Assembly: GCA_040954595.2 (NCBI GenBank)
Contig: CM082582.2
Location: forward strand, 12,148,415-12,212,414
Direction: 5' to 3'
DNA from: Balanoglossus misakiensis
Lineage: Eukaryota > Animalia > Hemichordata
Length of the DNA stretch: 64,000 nt
The notes under the pieces are model-generated. The model was not told the DNA's origin and searched no databases. It saw only the letters and a program-made list of their open reading frames with translations. Below, piece after piece: positions 1-13,000 of the stretch. The translations under genes and the position numbers were made by a program. Position 1 is the stretch's first letter; each line of letters begins with the position of its first letter.

Positions 1-227
1 TACAATAACATGGCGTGATGAGCGTATACATGTATTCTAGTAGGAGCTACAACCCAAATCGCCTTAAAAATTGGGCCAAAACTCGGAGAATTACTAAAAT
101 AGCAAGACGTCATGGTGTGGAGTGGATTGGCAGTGATAATACATAGTCTTTAAATGAGTATTGTACTATTAAACATTGACCTATGAAACACGATTACAAT
201 GTCACGAATAATCTTTCCTGTTAACAG

Positions 228-3200
228 GCGAGAATTAAATTTGTTGCCGGCACCAACAACGAGAGAAACTCAAAAAGCTATTTCTGGGAAACATTACCAG
301 ATGCATTGGTAAGATCATTCCGTTTCAACAGATATTCTTTCGCCTACATTCTGGTATTAATTTCAGCATTTTGCCTCATAATTTTGTTGCTAGAGCAACT
401 GAAGTCATTCCTCAACATTTGAGAATTTCCTGTATGAGATAGAAGTAGATTCTTCGCCTGAGACTTTTTCCTCTTTCTTTCTTGTAACATATAGAGAAAA
501 GCACACCCGCCATCTAAAGAAAAGACAGGTAAGAGGCTTTTTGACCGATAAATGTGACGGTTTATATCCAAAGTTCGCACAGAGACGGTTCCGATGGTTT
601 ACTACTGACACGTTATATATATATTGTATTGTCTAAAGATTTCATAAAATTTCTTCGCCTATCTGAAACAACGTTACAGATCAAAGAAAGGATGATAAAA
701 TTATAAAACATCCCACAAAAGCTATTATCGACGAAAACAAAGTACTTGAAGGTGAGTACAGCTTTCCCTTATCATACTGTGACAATTTAGCTCTCAAACT
801 TTACATAGGATTGAACCCTAGCCATGTTAGACCCCTGAACATACAGACCTCATCTATTGTCAGAACTACATATCATACGATAACACAGCAGACATCACAC
901 TAAAGATAGTCGCTGATCATCCTCTCTGCTGCCTTCTTTCATCTTCAATGAAAAACATTGTTTTAGTATTAATTATATAATGTGTTTAACATTCTTTTCA
1001 CGAAGATCATCAGCTTGACCACTTATTTCTGGAGAGTGACATTTATCTCGGCCCAAAGGTACGTTTCATTGGTTTTCTTTTGACCAATCAAATTGTAGTG
1101 TAGCGTAACACAGAAGCACGATTCAGCAGCGTGGCCAGCGTGCACGTCCGAGTGTGTGTTGTTTCATGTAATTGCCATTGAAGGTCGGAGTTCGTCTCTC
1201 GGGGGATGCACCAAATGCAAAAATCTCGCCTTAACAGCTCGTTATTGACTCCAAATCTCATTTGTACCTGCATGACTCCATGACGACAGGCAGAGAAGAA
1301 CGCCATCATTTACGAAACGAGTTTGTGGACGAATGGAATAGTGCCGTATGAGATCGACCCGGCTTTTGGTAAGAGAACGCATTATCCTACAGAAAAGTAT
1401 CAGTATGACAGTGCACTATAAGTATACAGTTCATTCTTTACCACATAAAACACCTGTTGACTTCTATTCCCCTCTCAATATTTCTTTTGTTGACAGATTC
1501 CACTGCGGTTACTCAGATCCAGAATGCTATCAATACATATCACACACATACCTGTCTGCAATTTGTGCGTCGCTCGACACAAACGGATTATTTGTATATT
1601 TACCCTGGAAGTGGGTAAGTAGCGACCTTCCAGTGCATCATTTCAGTATGAAAAATACTCATATCAATCCTTTCACTTCTGCATGTTTTGTACAATAGAA
1701 ACTCAACTTTCATAACGGTTTCATTTTGTCTGCTCTTTTCACAGATGCTGGTCTAGCATTGGTAAAGTTGGCGGCAGACAACCTCTGTCTCTTGGACAAG
1801 GATGTGCCCACCACAAAGTTACACCAATGCACGAGTTCATGCATGCTATTGGGTTTGCCCATGAACAAAGTCGGACGGACAGAAATGCTTTCGTCTACAT
1901 TGCGTATCAGAATATCCTATCTGGTTGGTATATCCCACTAGCCACTCAAATAAGAATATGACCAATAAAATCATTGTAAGAAAATGTGATACAATGAAAT
2001 GGTCAAGATATAATGTGATTTCTATTTGTAGGTATGGAGCATAACTTTCAAAGGTACGAAGAAGATTTTATCCAGGATCTGGGCTCTTCCTATGATTATT
2101 ATTCCATTATGCATTATTATCACAAGGCATTCACCTCCAATGGTCAGTCTACAATCGTACCTCTTCAGAGTGGAATAACTCCTGAAGATCTTGGATCAAG
2201 TCTAGACTTCACAGCAACTGATATATACAAAATCAACGCCCTCTACAACTGCGGTGAGTACAGGAAAAGAAATAAACACCAACTAACTAATATGCCATTT
2301 AAAATGATTTTTTTGAAGTTCTGAACTTCAATGCAGTAGGCCCTATAGATTATGTTTAAGTTTAGATAATGACTTGTAGTTCATATTCATTTTGACCAAG
2401 ATGGTGGAGATGGAGGGGAAGAGGAAGGAGGTGGCGATAGTGGACAAAGATGGCGACATGATTATCAATGTGGACCAAACTATCCCTTATCCGATGGAAG
2501 TCCATCAGAGTGTGACCCAGATGGTATATATCCATGCTGTTCACCCTATGATTGGTGTGGTATCACTCCAGAACATTGCGACTGTCCAGGGTGCATTGAT
2601 TACCGGGGTAGGTTAAAACAATTTTTTTGCAAATGTACTGCCACTTATTATGTTTACCGCAAAGTAAACTGGTATTTTTCCACATGTAATATGCGTATGA
2701 GAATTGAGATAAAGTAGCTGAACCACTGACGAACTGACCCAACATGACCCTACTTTGCATATTTTGGCTAAGATGGCGGAAACGGAGAAGAAGATGATGA
2801 TGATGATGATGATGATGAAGATGGTGATGAAGATGGTGATAGTGGACAAAGATGGCGAGATGATTATCAATGTGGACCAAACTATCCCCTATCCGATGGA
2901 AGTCCATCAGAGTGTGACCCAGATGGTATATATCCATGCTGTTCACCCTATGATTGGTGTGGCAATACTGCAGATCATTGCGACTGTCCTGACTGTGTTG
3001 ATTACCGAGGTAGGTTGAAATTATTTTCTTTCACATAAATATTCATGTCAATCGTAATGTCTAAAAGAGACCAACAAGGGAATTATGCCAGATGATAATT
3101 ATAAGATTCTTGCATATTTTGGCCAAGATGGTGGAGATGGAGGGGAGGAGGAAGGAGGTGGCGATAGTGGACAAAGATGGCGAGATGATTATCAATGTGG

Positions 3201-3385
3201 ACCAAACTATCCCCTATCCGATGGAACTCCATCAGAGTGTGATCCAGATGGTATATATCCATGCTGTTCACCCTATGACTGGTGTGGTATCACTCCAGAA
3301 CATTGCGACTGTCCAGGGTGCATTGATTACCGGGGTAGGTAAAGATAACCTGGTACTGACACTTCACAATTGTCTTTTGGCAAAA

Positions 3386-3477
<92 letters not shown>

Positions 3478-5875
3478 CGATGATCTAATATAGTCTTTTT
3501 CTCCGTCTAGAGGGTGGTGGCGTAAGCGAAGAAGGTATGTATGTTCCTTCATAGATTTGGCCTATGAAACATATTAAGACAAAAATATTGACACCATTAC
3601 CACTGCACAACAATGAAAGAAATGTTCAATGTATTTGCCTTGTCTTTTGTAATAATCAAGTAGATAACCAAAAGACATCGGTTTTCTAATGCTAGGTCTT
3701 CAATCCCTCCACACACAAGAAATATTCTTTCATATATTTCAGAATGTGGAAATTCTTACAACATACGTGAAGGAGATCTCATTCAAATCAGTTCCCCAAA
3801 CTATCCAAGCAACTATGACAACAATGCTGACTGTACATGGACTGTTACCAATGCCGATGGTGGGAATGTAGAACTCGAATTCAGCAGCTTTGAAACAGAG
3901 GCAGGATACGATTATGTTCAATTCGGAAGTGGAAGTGATCCAGACAGCAGTGCGGAAAAGCATGATGGGAATGACATCCCTGAAAGTTACACATCATCAG
4001 GGGATATAGTTTGGATAACGTTCCATTCAGATGGTTCAAAAACGTCTGCAGGATTTCAGTTGTCAGCACGTGCACTACAGGGTAGGTTTAACAGCATTTC
4101 CAAAACAAATTTAAATAATAATTTAGCATAAGTGATTTATTTTTGAACAAACACTTACACTTTTTTAAAACTCTCCACTCAGAAATTCCAGAATGCGGAG
4201 ACACATATCAAGTGAGTTCTGGAAATCCTGTACAGATTTCTTCACCGCTCTATCCCGAATTCTATGAAAACAACCACGACTGTATCTGGATCATCAACAG
4301 CGCAGAAGGCAACAGAATTCAAATTGACTTCAGCAGTTTCGATACCGAAGCCAATTATGATTATGTACAGTTTGGAAGTGGAAGTTCTCCAGACCCAAAT
4401 GCAGTGAAGCATTCTGGGACAGACATCCCAGAAAGCTACACATCATCCGGGGATGTTGTGTGGATGGTCTTTCGATCTGATTCTTCAAAGACACGTCCTG
4501 GATTCCTTTTAACAGCAACCTCTGTTGGAGGTGGGTATCAGATGTGAATTTCATCTATTTTAGAATGTGTGAAGACATGTCATTGTAAAATTTGTAGATC
4601 ACATTCAAAAGAGTAATTCTGGGCAATCCTAAGGAGAACTTCCAATTCTTACATGTATAAAATTTGTTGTTTCAGATGAAACTGGTGGTGGTGGTGGCAA
4701 AGGTAAGATCTCACTGAAGAAATTTGCTAACTAAAGAATCTGTATCAACAGTCCTGGCAGGGTTTCTGTATTGAAAACATTATGTTTGATTTAACATTGT
4801 GAGTCTTCAATTCTAATAAAGCAGAGCATTCAGCCATTTGAAATTCTCACACCTATGATTGTTCACATAATGAATTAACAGGTTGTGGGGGAGTCATCCG
4901 TTTAGGAGGCGTAAAGACTGCCTCGGCCAACGTGCAGTCACCAAACTTTCCTGGTAACTACGACAACAACTTGAACTGCACCTGGATTTTCACTGGTATC
5001 GGCGATGTTGTCATAAACCTTGCATTCAGTGTCTTTAACACTCAAAGCAAACATGACTATGTTCAGTTTGGAAGTGGATCAACTCCCAACACTAATGTTG
5101 CAAGACATGATGGTTCTGAGCTTCCTGAAGCCTTTACTTCAGTGGGAAATTCTCTGTGGTTGACATTTCACTCTGATGGTTCGACTAACAAGGAAGGATT
5201 TGAGGCAACTGTTACTGTAATTGAAGGTAAATTTACAGTTATATATGGGAGTAGCTGATGGGTTATTTGATGTATGAAGACTTGCCTTTGATATCAATGC
5301 TCTTTTCACATCCATAGATTACATTAGCAGTGGTGATGACAGTGACATTGACAGGCGATGGAGGGATGATCTTCGATGTGGAGCAAAATATCCCCTTTCG
5401 GATGGCAGTCCTGGGGAATGTGATCCCAACGGTGACTACCCATGTTGTTCACGAAGTTCCACTTGTGGGAACACAAGGAAGCACTGCTCCTGTGAAGGTT
5501 GCATCGATTACAGTGGTGAGTTGAGCCAAGTTTCTACATTTACAGAGTCATTTGCTACTTATACAGTGATAAGGTACGCTGCCGTCAGCAGAAACAGTTC
5601 TTGTGACATATCAACAATAGTAAATTCTAATTTCCACACAAGCTGGTGGAACACAAACCAACAAAGAAGTGGGTGTAGCAGCAAAGGAGAAGAATTCTAG
5701 AAAAGACAAACGGTGGAGGGATGATAAAAGATGTGGACCTGGATATCCTCTTTCTGATGGTCGTCCAGCAGAGTGCGACCCCAACGGCAAAAGGCCATGC
5801 TGTTCACTAAGTGGGCGTTGTGGGAAGACGGCCGCCTACTGCTTATGTTGGGGATGCATTAATTACTCACAGTAA
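228..5875 (+). CDS. Astacin-family (M12A) zinc metalloprotease with 3 CUB domains and 5 hevein/chitin-binding-type-1-like Cys-rich modules; 5' end unresolved
   Basis: Hand-spliced GT-AG exons with consistent phase: 228-308, 495-528, 680-751, 1006-1058, 1290-1368, 1497-1614, 1745-1923, 2032-2253, 2401-2607, 2773-3009, 3128-3334, 3511-3534, 3743-4081, 4183-4530, 4676-4702, 4882-5226, 5318-5515, 5643-5875 (TAA 5873-5875). Motifs: propeptide 'LFLESDI', mature N-terminus 'NAII..LWTNGIVPYEI', zinc motif HEFMHAIGFAHEQSRTDR (from 1830), Met-turn SIMHY, and CUB motifs such as 'CG..ISSPNYPSNYDNNADCTW'. The first three exons are less certain and no signal-peptide exon was found. Confidence 0.9.
2401..3334 (+). 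repeat. Three tandemly duplicated phase-1 exons encoding an 8-Cys hevein-like module
   Basis: Near-identical exons 2401-2607, 2773-3009 and 3128-3334 encode (acidic linker)-QRWR(H/D)DYQCGPNYPLSDG(S/T)PSECDPDGIYPCCSPYDWCG(I/N)T(PE/AD)HCDCP(G/D)C(I/V)DYR. Their acceptors are also similar (ttttgaccaag, ttttggctaag, ttttggccaag). Confidence 0.92.
3386..3484 (+). repeat. (GAT)n trinucleotide microsatellite, 33 units (one GAC)
   Basis: Directly visible in the intron after the third Cys-module exon. Confidence 0.97.
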
Positions 5876-8131
5876 AGGTTGGTAACATTCCAATATGAGT
5901 CTTTGTATAACAGAATGAATATTTGTCTGTTGAAGTACACATGGCAGGAATAAATTTAAGTATTTTTCTTTTATCAGGTACTTCATTAGACTAGGAAGTT
6001 GAACCAGCTGGAGACAATCTTGGAGAACACCTATGATCAGAACTGACAAAAGTCAAGTAGACCACTAGATCAACCCTGGATCACAAGGACAATACCCATA
6101 AAAATCAAATAAGACTTAAAAGAGACTCCATTGAAATAATTGACTAATTTCAAGCCACAATTTTGTATGGAACAACAAATAAATGGCAGTTACACACTAC
6201 AAGCACAACCAAGACATGGAAACTGTGTGGGGCGCTCTCATGGACGGCTGATTCTTTTTCATCAAGATAATATGTAGTTATAGATTTTGCTAATAAATGA
6301 TTGATGTTGGTCAAAAACATTTAAGGCCGTACTGGACTACATGTAAACATTATATCGGGCATTTAGAGATTTCACTTTCAATAAAGGATCAACACTAACC
6401 TTGCATTCTAGTCACATTCTCACATCAAACAACACACTTCAACATCCTGACATGCTGTTTTTTTTATTATTTTTCCATCTATATCACTTCACCAGTAAAC
6501 TTTAAAGCTGATGTTGATTTCAGATTACAATAGTCTTTAGATTATAATGTTATTTAACTTAATTTATGCCCTATAACAACACTGACATTACATCAAAGTA
6601 GTAAATGAATAAATTGTAACAACATGAAAGGTAAAAGGGGACCTGCCACTCTCAAAAAAACCTACGTTTCTTTTAATACAACACATTAAATTCAATAAAT
6701 GATTTTTTTTTCAATATGAATGAAAAAAATATTAGGAATTTCAAAGATAAAGATATTATAGATATTTATATATATGTTTTAAATTGGCCTATAATTTGCT
6801 TCGACATTTTTTGGCATTTTCTACAGTAAAATCAAAGGCAAGTTATTATTTCTATGTCTGATAACAAATTCAATGAATAACTAATAGTTGGGTTGACATA
6901 ATCTCTCTGAATGAGAAAATTATCCCTCAGTAATAGAGGCATTAACTGCACACTTGTTAATAATTACAAAATGGAGTAACTTTTGGAATATATTTGATTA
7001 CTGATTGCAGAAAAAGACTGGAAGTTTAATACTCATGCAAACACAGAAAGAAAGAAAAAAGTTTTAAAAAAAGTCACACTATCTCACTGCAGCATTTTTT
7101 CATGTATATAAAGCACTGAATGGAAGAACTACATACCATCAAATGATGATACAGAGGTGAAACAAATTAGTTTTCACAAGGGTTCAAATGCCACTGTCTA
7201 GTTTTGGTGTTGGAATCTAAGCAAGAGAATGTTATGCTCTGTCATCTGTCTAGACATGTACTTGCAATGTACAACACAACAATTAAGACTGCTCAATAAC
7301 TATGCAAATTGTCAGGTGGCAGGTTCTGACCACATTACATGTCTACTGCACTTTCAATAAATCTGAGACCAGGACATTTCACATTCTATCAAACTTATTA
7401 CTGAAGCACACATCACATCACATTGCTATGAATTTTGTACTTTTTGGAGATGCCATACTGTATATACTATTATGCAATACCATAGATTAATTAGGCAGTT
7501 CAAACCACAACAATGCAAAGGTTAAAGACTTGACAGTTATCTGGGAAAACACACAATAATGTGCGCATAGTGGAATCTAACTACATGTGTGGAATTCCCA
7601 GCTGATGTGCATAATGGCAATATAATAATGATCTTGGGTCAATCTCTAGTTCAGCATTCATGTCAGATTGTTGTCACACTTTAAATCTACAATACTACCC
7701 TAACCATCAACACAACTAGCACGGCAAATTGCACAAATCTAATCATTCACTTCTTTGACAAAATATCTGTCATAAAAGTGGTGTTGGACTTCGAGGCTTG
7801 TTGAAGAACTATGATAAACTGCACACCCTGGGAGGTCAAAGGTCACTACAGTATTAAGGTACTACTAGTATACAGCTGCTAATTGTAACATCACAAAGCT
7901 TACCAGAAGCTTTGACGTAATCTGATAAAACCAGAAATGCAAGGGTTAGATCAACTGCAATATGTAAAACCACTGGTGGGTCGAAGTGCTCATTATCCTT
8001 CATGAAAATCTGATCTCATCTACTGTTTGGGAAGAATTTGATCTATCCAAAGTACAAACTGAGATCACACTGTACACTTACTCACTGTGTATCAATATTG
8101 TGAATCAATATGGATGAAATAACAAATGGTC

Positions 8132-8152
8132 TATATATATATATATATATAT
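8132..8152. repeat. (TA)n microsatellite
   Basis: Directly visible. Confidence 0.85.
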
Positions 8153-9405
8153 GACCTTGCACTAACCTTTGACAGAACGACCTTGGCATTACCTTCACTA
8201 TCTGCCAACCTCACCATTTACAACCAAAACAACAGTAAATTAAATTTCCAAGTTCTGTGTAATGATCAATTATCATACTAGATATTAGCAAAGTAAAGTA
8301 TTTGGCACGATTATAGGAATGAAACGAGATTTGTAAATTTCACTAAACGTACAAATTTCAGATGATATTTCAACAACCCCAGACACCACAAGATCATCTC
8401 CTACCAGATTTCTTTGCAACATATTAATAAGCTGTGGTCATCATTATCACTTGGCAAAGTAAGAATAGAAAATCATAGTGGTGGCATGTTTAAGGGGATG
8501 GCAAGTTTCCCTTGATTTTCGAGGTGCATATTATGTACCTTAATTAAGGGATCACTTTGTATGGTAAGTTGACACACAGTGTCAATAAATATGCACCATT
8601 CCTCATGTTCATGTAACTGGTTTAAAACAAAAACAAAATCAACAAATAAAACTTAAACAGCAAATTGCTTTGAGTGGAGTGAAGATTTTGGATCCACACT
8701 CAGGAGGAATATTTAGCTATAAACTGAAGTCATATTTGAAATGACAAGAAACTCTATACTAATATACTGCAGACAGCTGAATCTATGGTGGGGTTTTAGA
8801 CACTGATCTAGTAGTATTCACAGCAGACCACCACAAAAAAGACAAATACATTTCTACACTAATCATTTGTTTCTGCATAGAATGTTTTTTCATTTTTGAA
8901 CTGACAGCTTTTGCTTAATTTGAAACTTTTCACAAATTAAACAATTTCATGATGCTGTGAAAATGAGAGGATTTTCACTTTGCACAGTTGTTTAGAATTA
9001 TTCTGTATTTTAAACAGTTGATGACTAATAGAAATCATCAATACTGTATTATTAAATGAAACTTATATCAAATTTCTATCTCTACTAAATCATAAATTAT
9101 ATACCTAATAATAATTATTACATAAATCATAAGCCCAATTTAATACTAACATTTATCACTAAGCAGTAATCTGTTCCCTTATTATGAGTACATGTACTTG
9201 CAAAATTTTGAATGTCAACTTTTCGCTAGATTGGTCACCATTCTCCCCATGAAAATAGTACATGGTAAAGATTGTTCATCATGCTCAGAAAATGCCCTAC
9301 CTTTCCCATTGATAAACTACTGACGCATTCACCTGATAATGCATTCAGTAATCAGCGCCCCCATGAGGCAATGGTTGAGTACACTTGCCTACACTTTGTT
9401 TTTAT

Positions 9406-9427
9406 GGGGGGGGGGGGGGGGGGGGGG
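9406..9427. repeat. Poly-G homopolymer (~22 nt), poly-C on the TRAF7-like sense strand
   Basis: Directly visible, downstream of the TRAF7-like stop codon (probable 3' UTR). Confidence 0.9.
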
Positions 9428-10027
9428 CAGGGCATTTTCGTCATAGGTATTTTCATATTGTCAGGGATGCTTTCCTCCAATCTACAAAACAAATTCACAC
9501 AACACAACTTCTAAACCCTGTTTACCATTAAATTTTACATTTTAAATTAGCATACCTATCATAAAGAGCATCATAATACCGAACCGCATCTATTTGCCCC
9601 TGCAATCAGATAAAACTTGCAGGAAGATGCAGCTGATGCTTCCCTTTGATGTGAATATTAAAACCCTGAATGACTTGACTGTTGAGTTTGTTCCTGAAAC
9701 CTTACTGTTACCATGACAGCATAATCTACATGCCCCGTCTTCACCCTTTTCATCGCAAAATGCACAGCACAAGCTGGTATCATCAGGGGCACACTGGACT
9801 GGTCATGGAGGTCAAAGGGCATACCCAGCATTCATTTCATCTCAGCTGTAAAGTAAAGGAAGCATTCTAGCCACATCTTCAGCCATGTATGAATAATTAT
9901 AAAGCTGTGTGAGAAATTATTGTATTCTATTTTTGCATCATATGGAAATGAAATCTGAACATAAGCTCTTCTGATTGTAATATCTGTGATGTCCTCTCCA
10001 GTTCTCTGTCAACTCTTCCATTGTAAC

Positions 10028-13000
10028 TTAAGTGTCTTCTGGTGTGATGTGAATTCCGTAACTGCTGTGGTGTACCAGTTTGAAATACTTGAAAATCTGC
10101 AATGAATGAAAACAATATTTTTGCCCGTTATAAACTGAAACTTAAGCTATCGAAAGCTACCTTTCGCAAGACCACAGAAGGATGCCAATCTTACAAATGT
10201 ATTAAGTTGTGGCTGTACAGTACTGTCCCGGGTGGACTCAAATATCAAATGTACGTTCACCCTGTCTGAGAGATTCTAGCACAAGCAGGTCAAAGGTAAC
10301 ATTTCAACAAAGACACCCTTTGATGGAAATATAGTTGTAAGACCAATGACCTCACATCTCGTGTAAAGAAATGCTGGCAGTCTTACACCACACAGTTACA
10401 TATTAGTACACTGTTCTGGTTAAGTCAATTTATTTTGGAATAAAATTATCACTCTGATTAGATAAACCTAGCATCTCCGCATTCAGGCATGTACAGAAAG
10501 ATAACGGTCAATGCTCTTTTTTTGGGTAAAATCATACTGGTTTTAAAAGATACACTGCAAGCTTTGAAATTTCTTATAGCTATAACATTTCTTTAAGATA
10601 TAACATTTGCATACAATGGGTCAAACATGTGATGGAGTGACTTCAATACAGACTTCACACAACAATGGCTGCATAGAATGTATTAGCTTCAACAAAGGTG
10701 CCCTTGATTGGAATGTTTACGAAACCCCTGAAGTGGGATCTCATTTCTCACACATATCAGATCCAGACAAGCTGGCTTTGAAAACTGACACTTATGAAAC
10801 ATGGATTACCCTCTGTTAACTTAACCTCTGTCCCACAGTCTAATGTGCAAGTTCAAGGTCAGACTATATAACTAATGTGCCTTTTACCACAATGGGTCAT
10901 GTGTTGTTTGCCCTGCATTTATAGTATACATGGATATCCTTTCATATAAACTGCATGGCCATGCAAGATCTTGCAGGGTCTTGTGAAGTTTGGAAAATGG
11001 TCTATAAGGAATCATGATTTGTTAATCTCACCTTGATTTCCTTGTCATCAGCACCGCTGAACAGGAGATCATTATGGAGACACAATCCATTCACACTACC
11101 TTCATGCCGGTATAATGTCTGTATTGGCAGGAAGTTTTCCAAGTTCCAAACCTGGGAAAGACACATACAGGATAAGTACATCCTTAAACTGGGCTGACAT
11201 TAACTGTAGTAGTTATGATGAAATTTAAACTAACAATTTAAAAGTAAAACTTGAAGGAACAATAATATGAAATGAAATTGGAGAGATACCTGTACTGTGT
11301 TGTCATAGGACGATGAAAACAGAAACTGTCCTGACGGAGACACTACCAAGTCTGTGATTGTTCCAACATGCCCACTCAACATTTTCACATGTTGTAATTT
11401 ATCATCATACAAGTGTATGTTCTGGTTGTAGGTACCTAAAATACAGATGTACATTAGGAAATTAGATCAACCGATAAGATCATCTTGGTTTTAGTTGCTG
11501 CACCATTTGATGTGTAAATTGACATCTTTCATTGTTATCTACGAATAGATTAAATATACTGTATGCAGGTAAATAGGCTTACTCACCCACAATGAGGTAC
11601 TTGGATGTGATACACAATGAATGTATAGAGCCATGGTTATGGTCCATCTTTCTCTTCAATGCAAATTTATTATTGGCATCCCAGACATAGATGGTGTTAT
11701 GACCACCACTGTAAATTCTGTCCTTTGCCATATCCACAGCCAGGGCCCTCACCCAATGATGTAATCCAGGTATGGTATGAACTGGTTCTAGTGTTTTAGC
11801 ATTCCACACCTGTAAAGTGTAATGCACAGAAGACATTGATTGAAGATATGTGCAACTTTTGATGAGGCCATGTGTGTTTGCCTGTAATGATTTCCACCAT
11901 GTCTAAATTGGGCACTTGAAATGCTAAGATTCAAAGTTGGTGTGATAGACTGCGCTGGACAAAGCAAATCTTACCTTGATACAGGAATGTGACGACGAAA
12001 AGAGATTGCATCCAACCAATGCCAGAGCACACACAGCATCACAGTGAGCATCCTACAAAAAGGTGATATTTGTACAGTTATTCGACAGATATTTGTTGTT
12101 ATTCGACAGAGATATATGTACAGTTATTCAGATATATCACACCATACATTATAGCAAGAATACACAGCATTTTAAGCTGAGCATGGACTTATCTAAAATG
12201 TGTCTAAAATGCATTCAGTTTGTAATCTTACTGCCCTTCTATTGGCAAATTCTCACCTTTCTACATTTGTGTTCAGGATTTCTTTTGTCAAAATGCCAAC
12301 TTCTGATTGCACGATCTGCACCAGCACTGTACAGGAAGTCCCCTCCCACCAGCAGTGCATGAACCTTAACAAAAGACATGATAAATCAACCAATCACTAA
12401 ACAACATTCTCGTCATGTGATACACAATATCCAATCAGATGTTTCACAGTTTGTTTTGGGTGACTGGTCTACAATTCAGACAGCACCACAAACGAGTTTA
12501 CATCAATAAATTCAAATTGGAAACTCAATCAAAGGATGACTTCTCAGGCATTTGAAAAAGCAGTAAATTAAAGCTGAGGTAATAAAAGAGCATGTCAGCA
12601 AACCAGTACTGACATAAAGATATAGGGTTGCTGTCGCATTTTATCAGAAGACTCTAACAATGTTGCCATGGAAACTTACAGGCCCAACATGTCCTTTGTA
12701 CGTCTGTATAGTCCCTCTAGCCAGACTGTCCATGTCCCATACTCTAATGTCACCAACAGAACTGGCACTGTAAAGACGGTTGTTTTTGGTCCCCATACAC
12801 AGCACACCTGCCTGGTGACCTCTGCAATGAGACACAAAGTAGTGTGTTAAGGTGTGTGTATAATATACCACAAGACTGATCTTTTCAGTTTTGTTGTTTA
12901 TTAAATATTCATGACCTACAGTAACATGATAAATATAAACCTTACCGTAATGTTCCAATGCACTTGAACTCAAACGGCATCATCCATTTCTCTGTCTTGC

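Noticed and set aside
1-227. Start codon or signal-peptide exon of the astacin gene
   Set aside because: The ATG at 112 hits a stop within 14 codons, and no phase-0 donor compatible with the exon at 228 was found. The true start is probably upstream of the window.
2401-3334. Repeat-spacer-repeat layout resembling a CRISPR array
   Set aside because: The repeats are ~200-nt coding exons with splice sites in an animal gene, and there are no cas genes.
2392-3493. ORF-track proteins with poly-Met, poly-His, poly-Ile and poly-Ser runs
   Set aside because: They are alternative-frame or antisense readings of the GAT-rich Cys-module exons and the microsatellite. The spliced frame is the Cys/Asp one.
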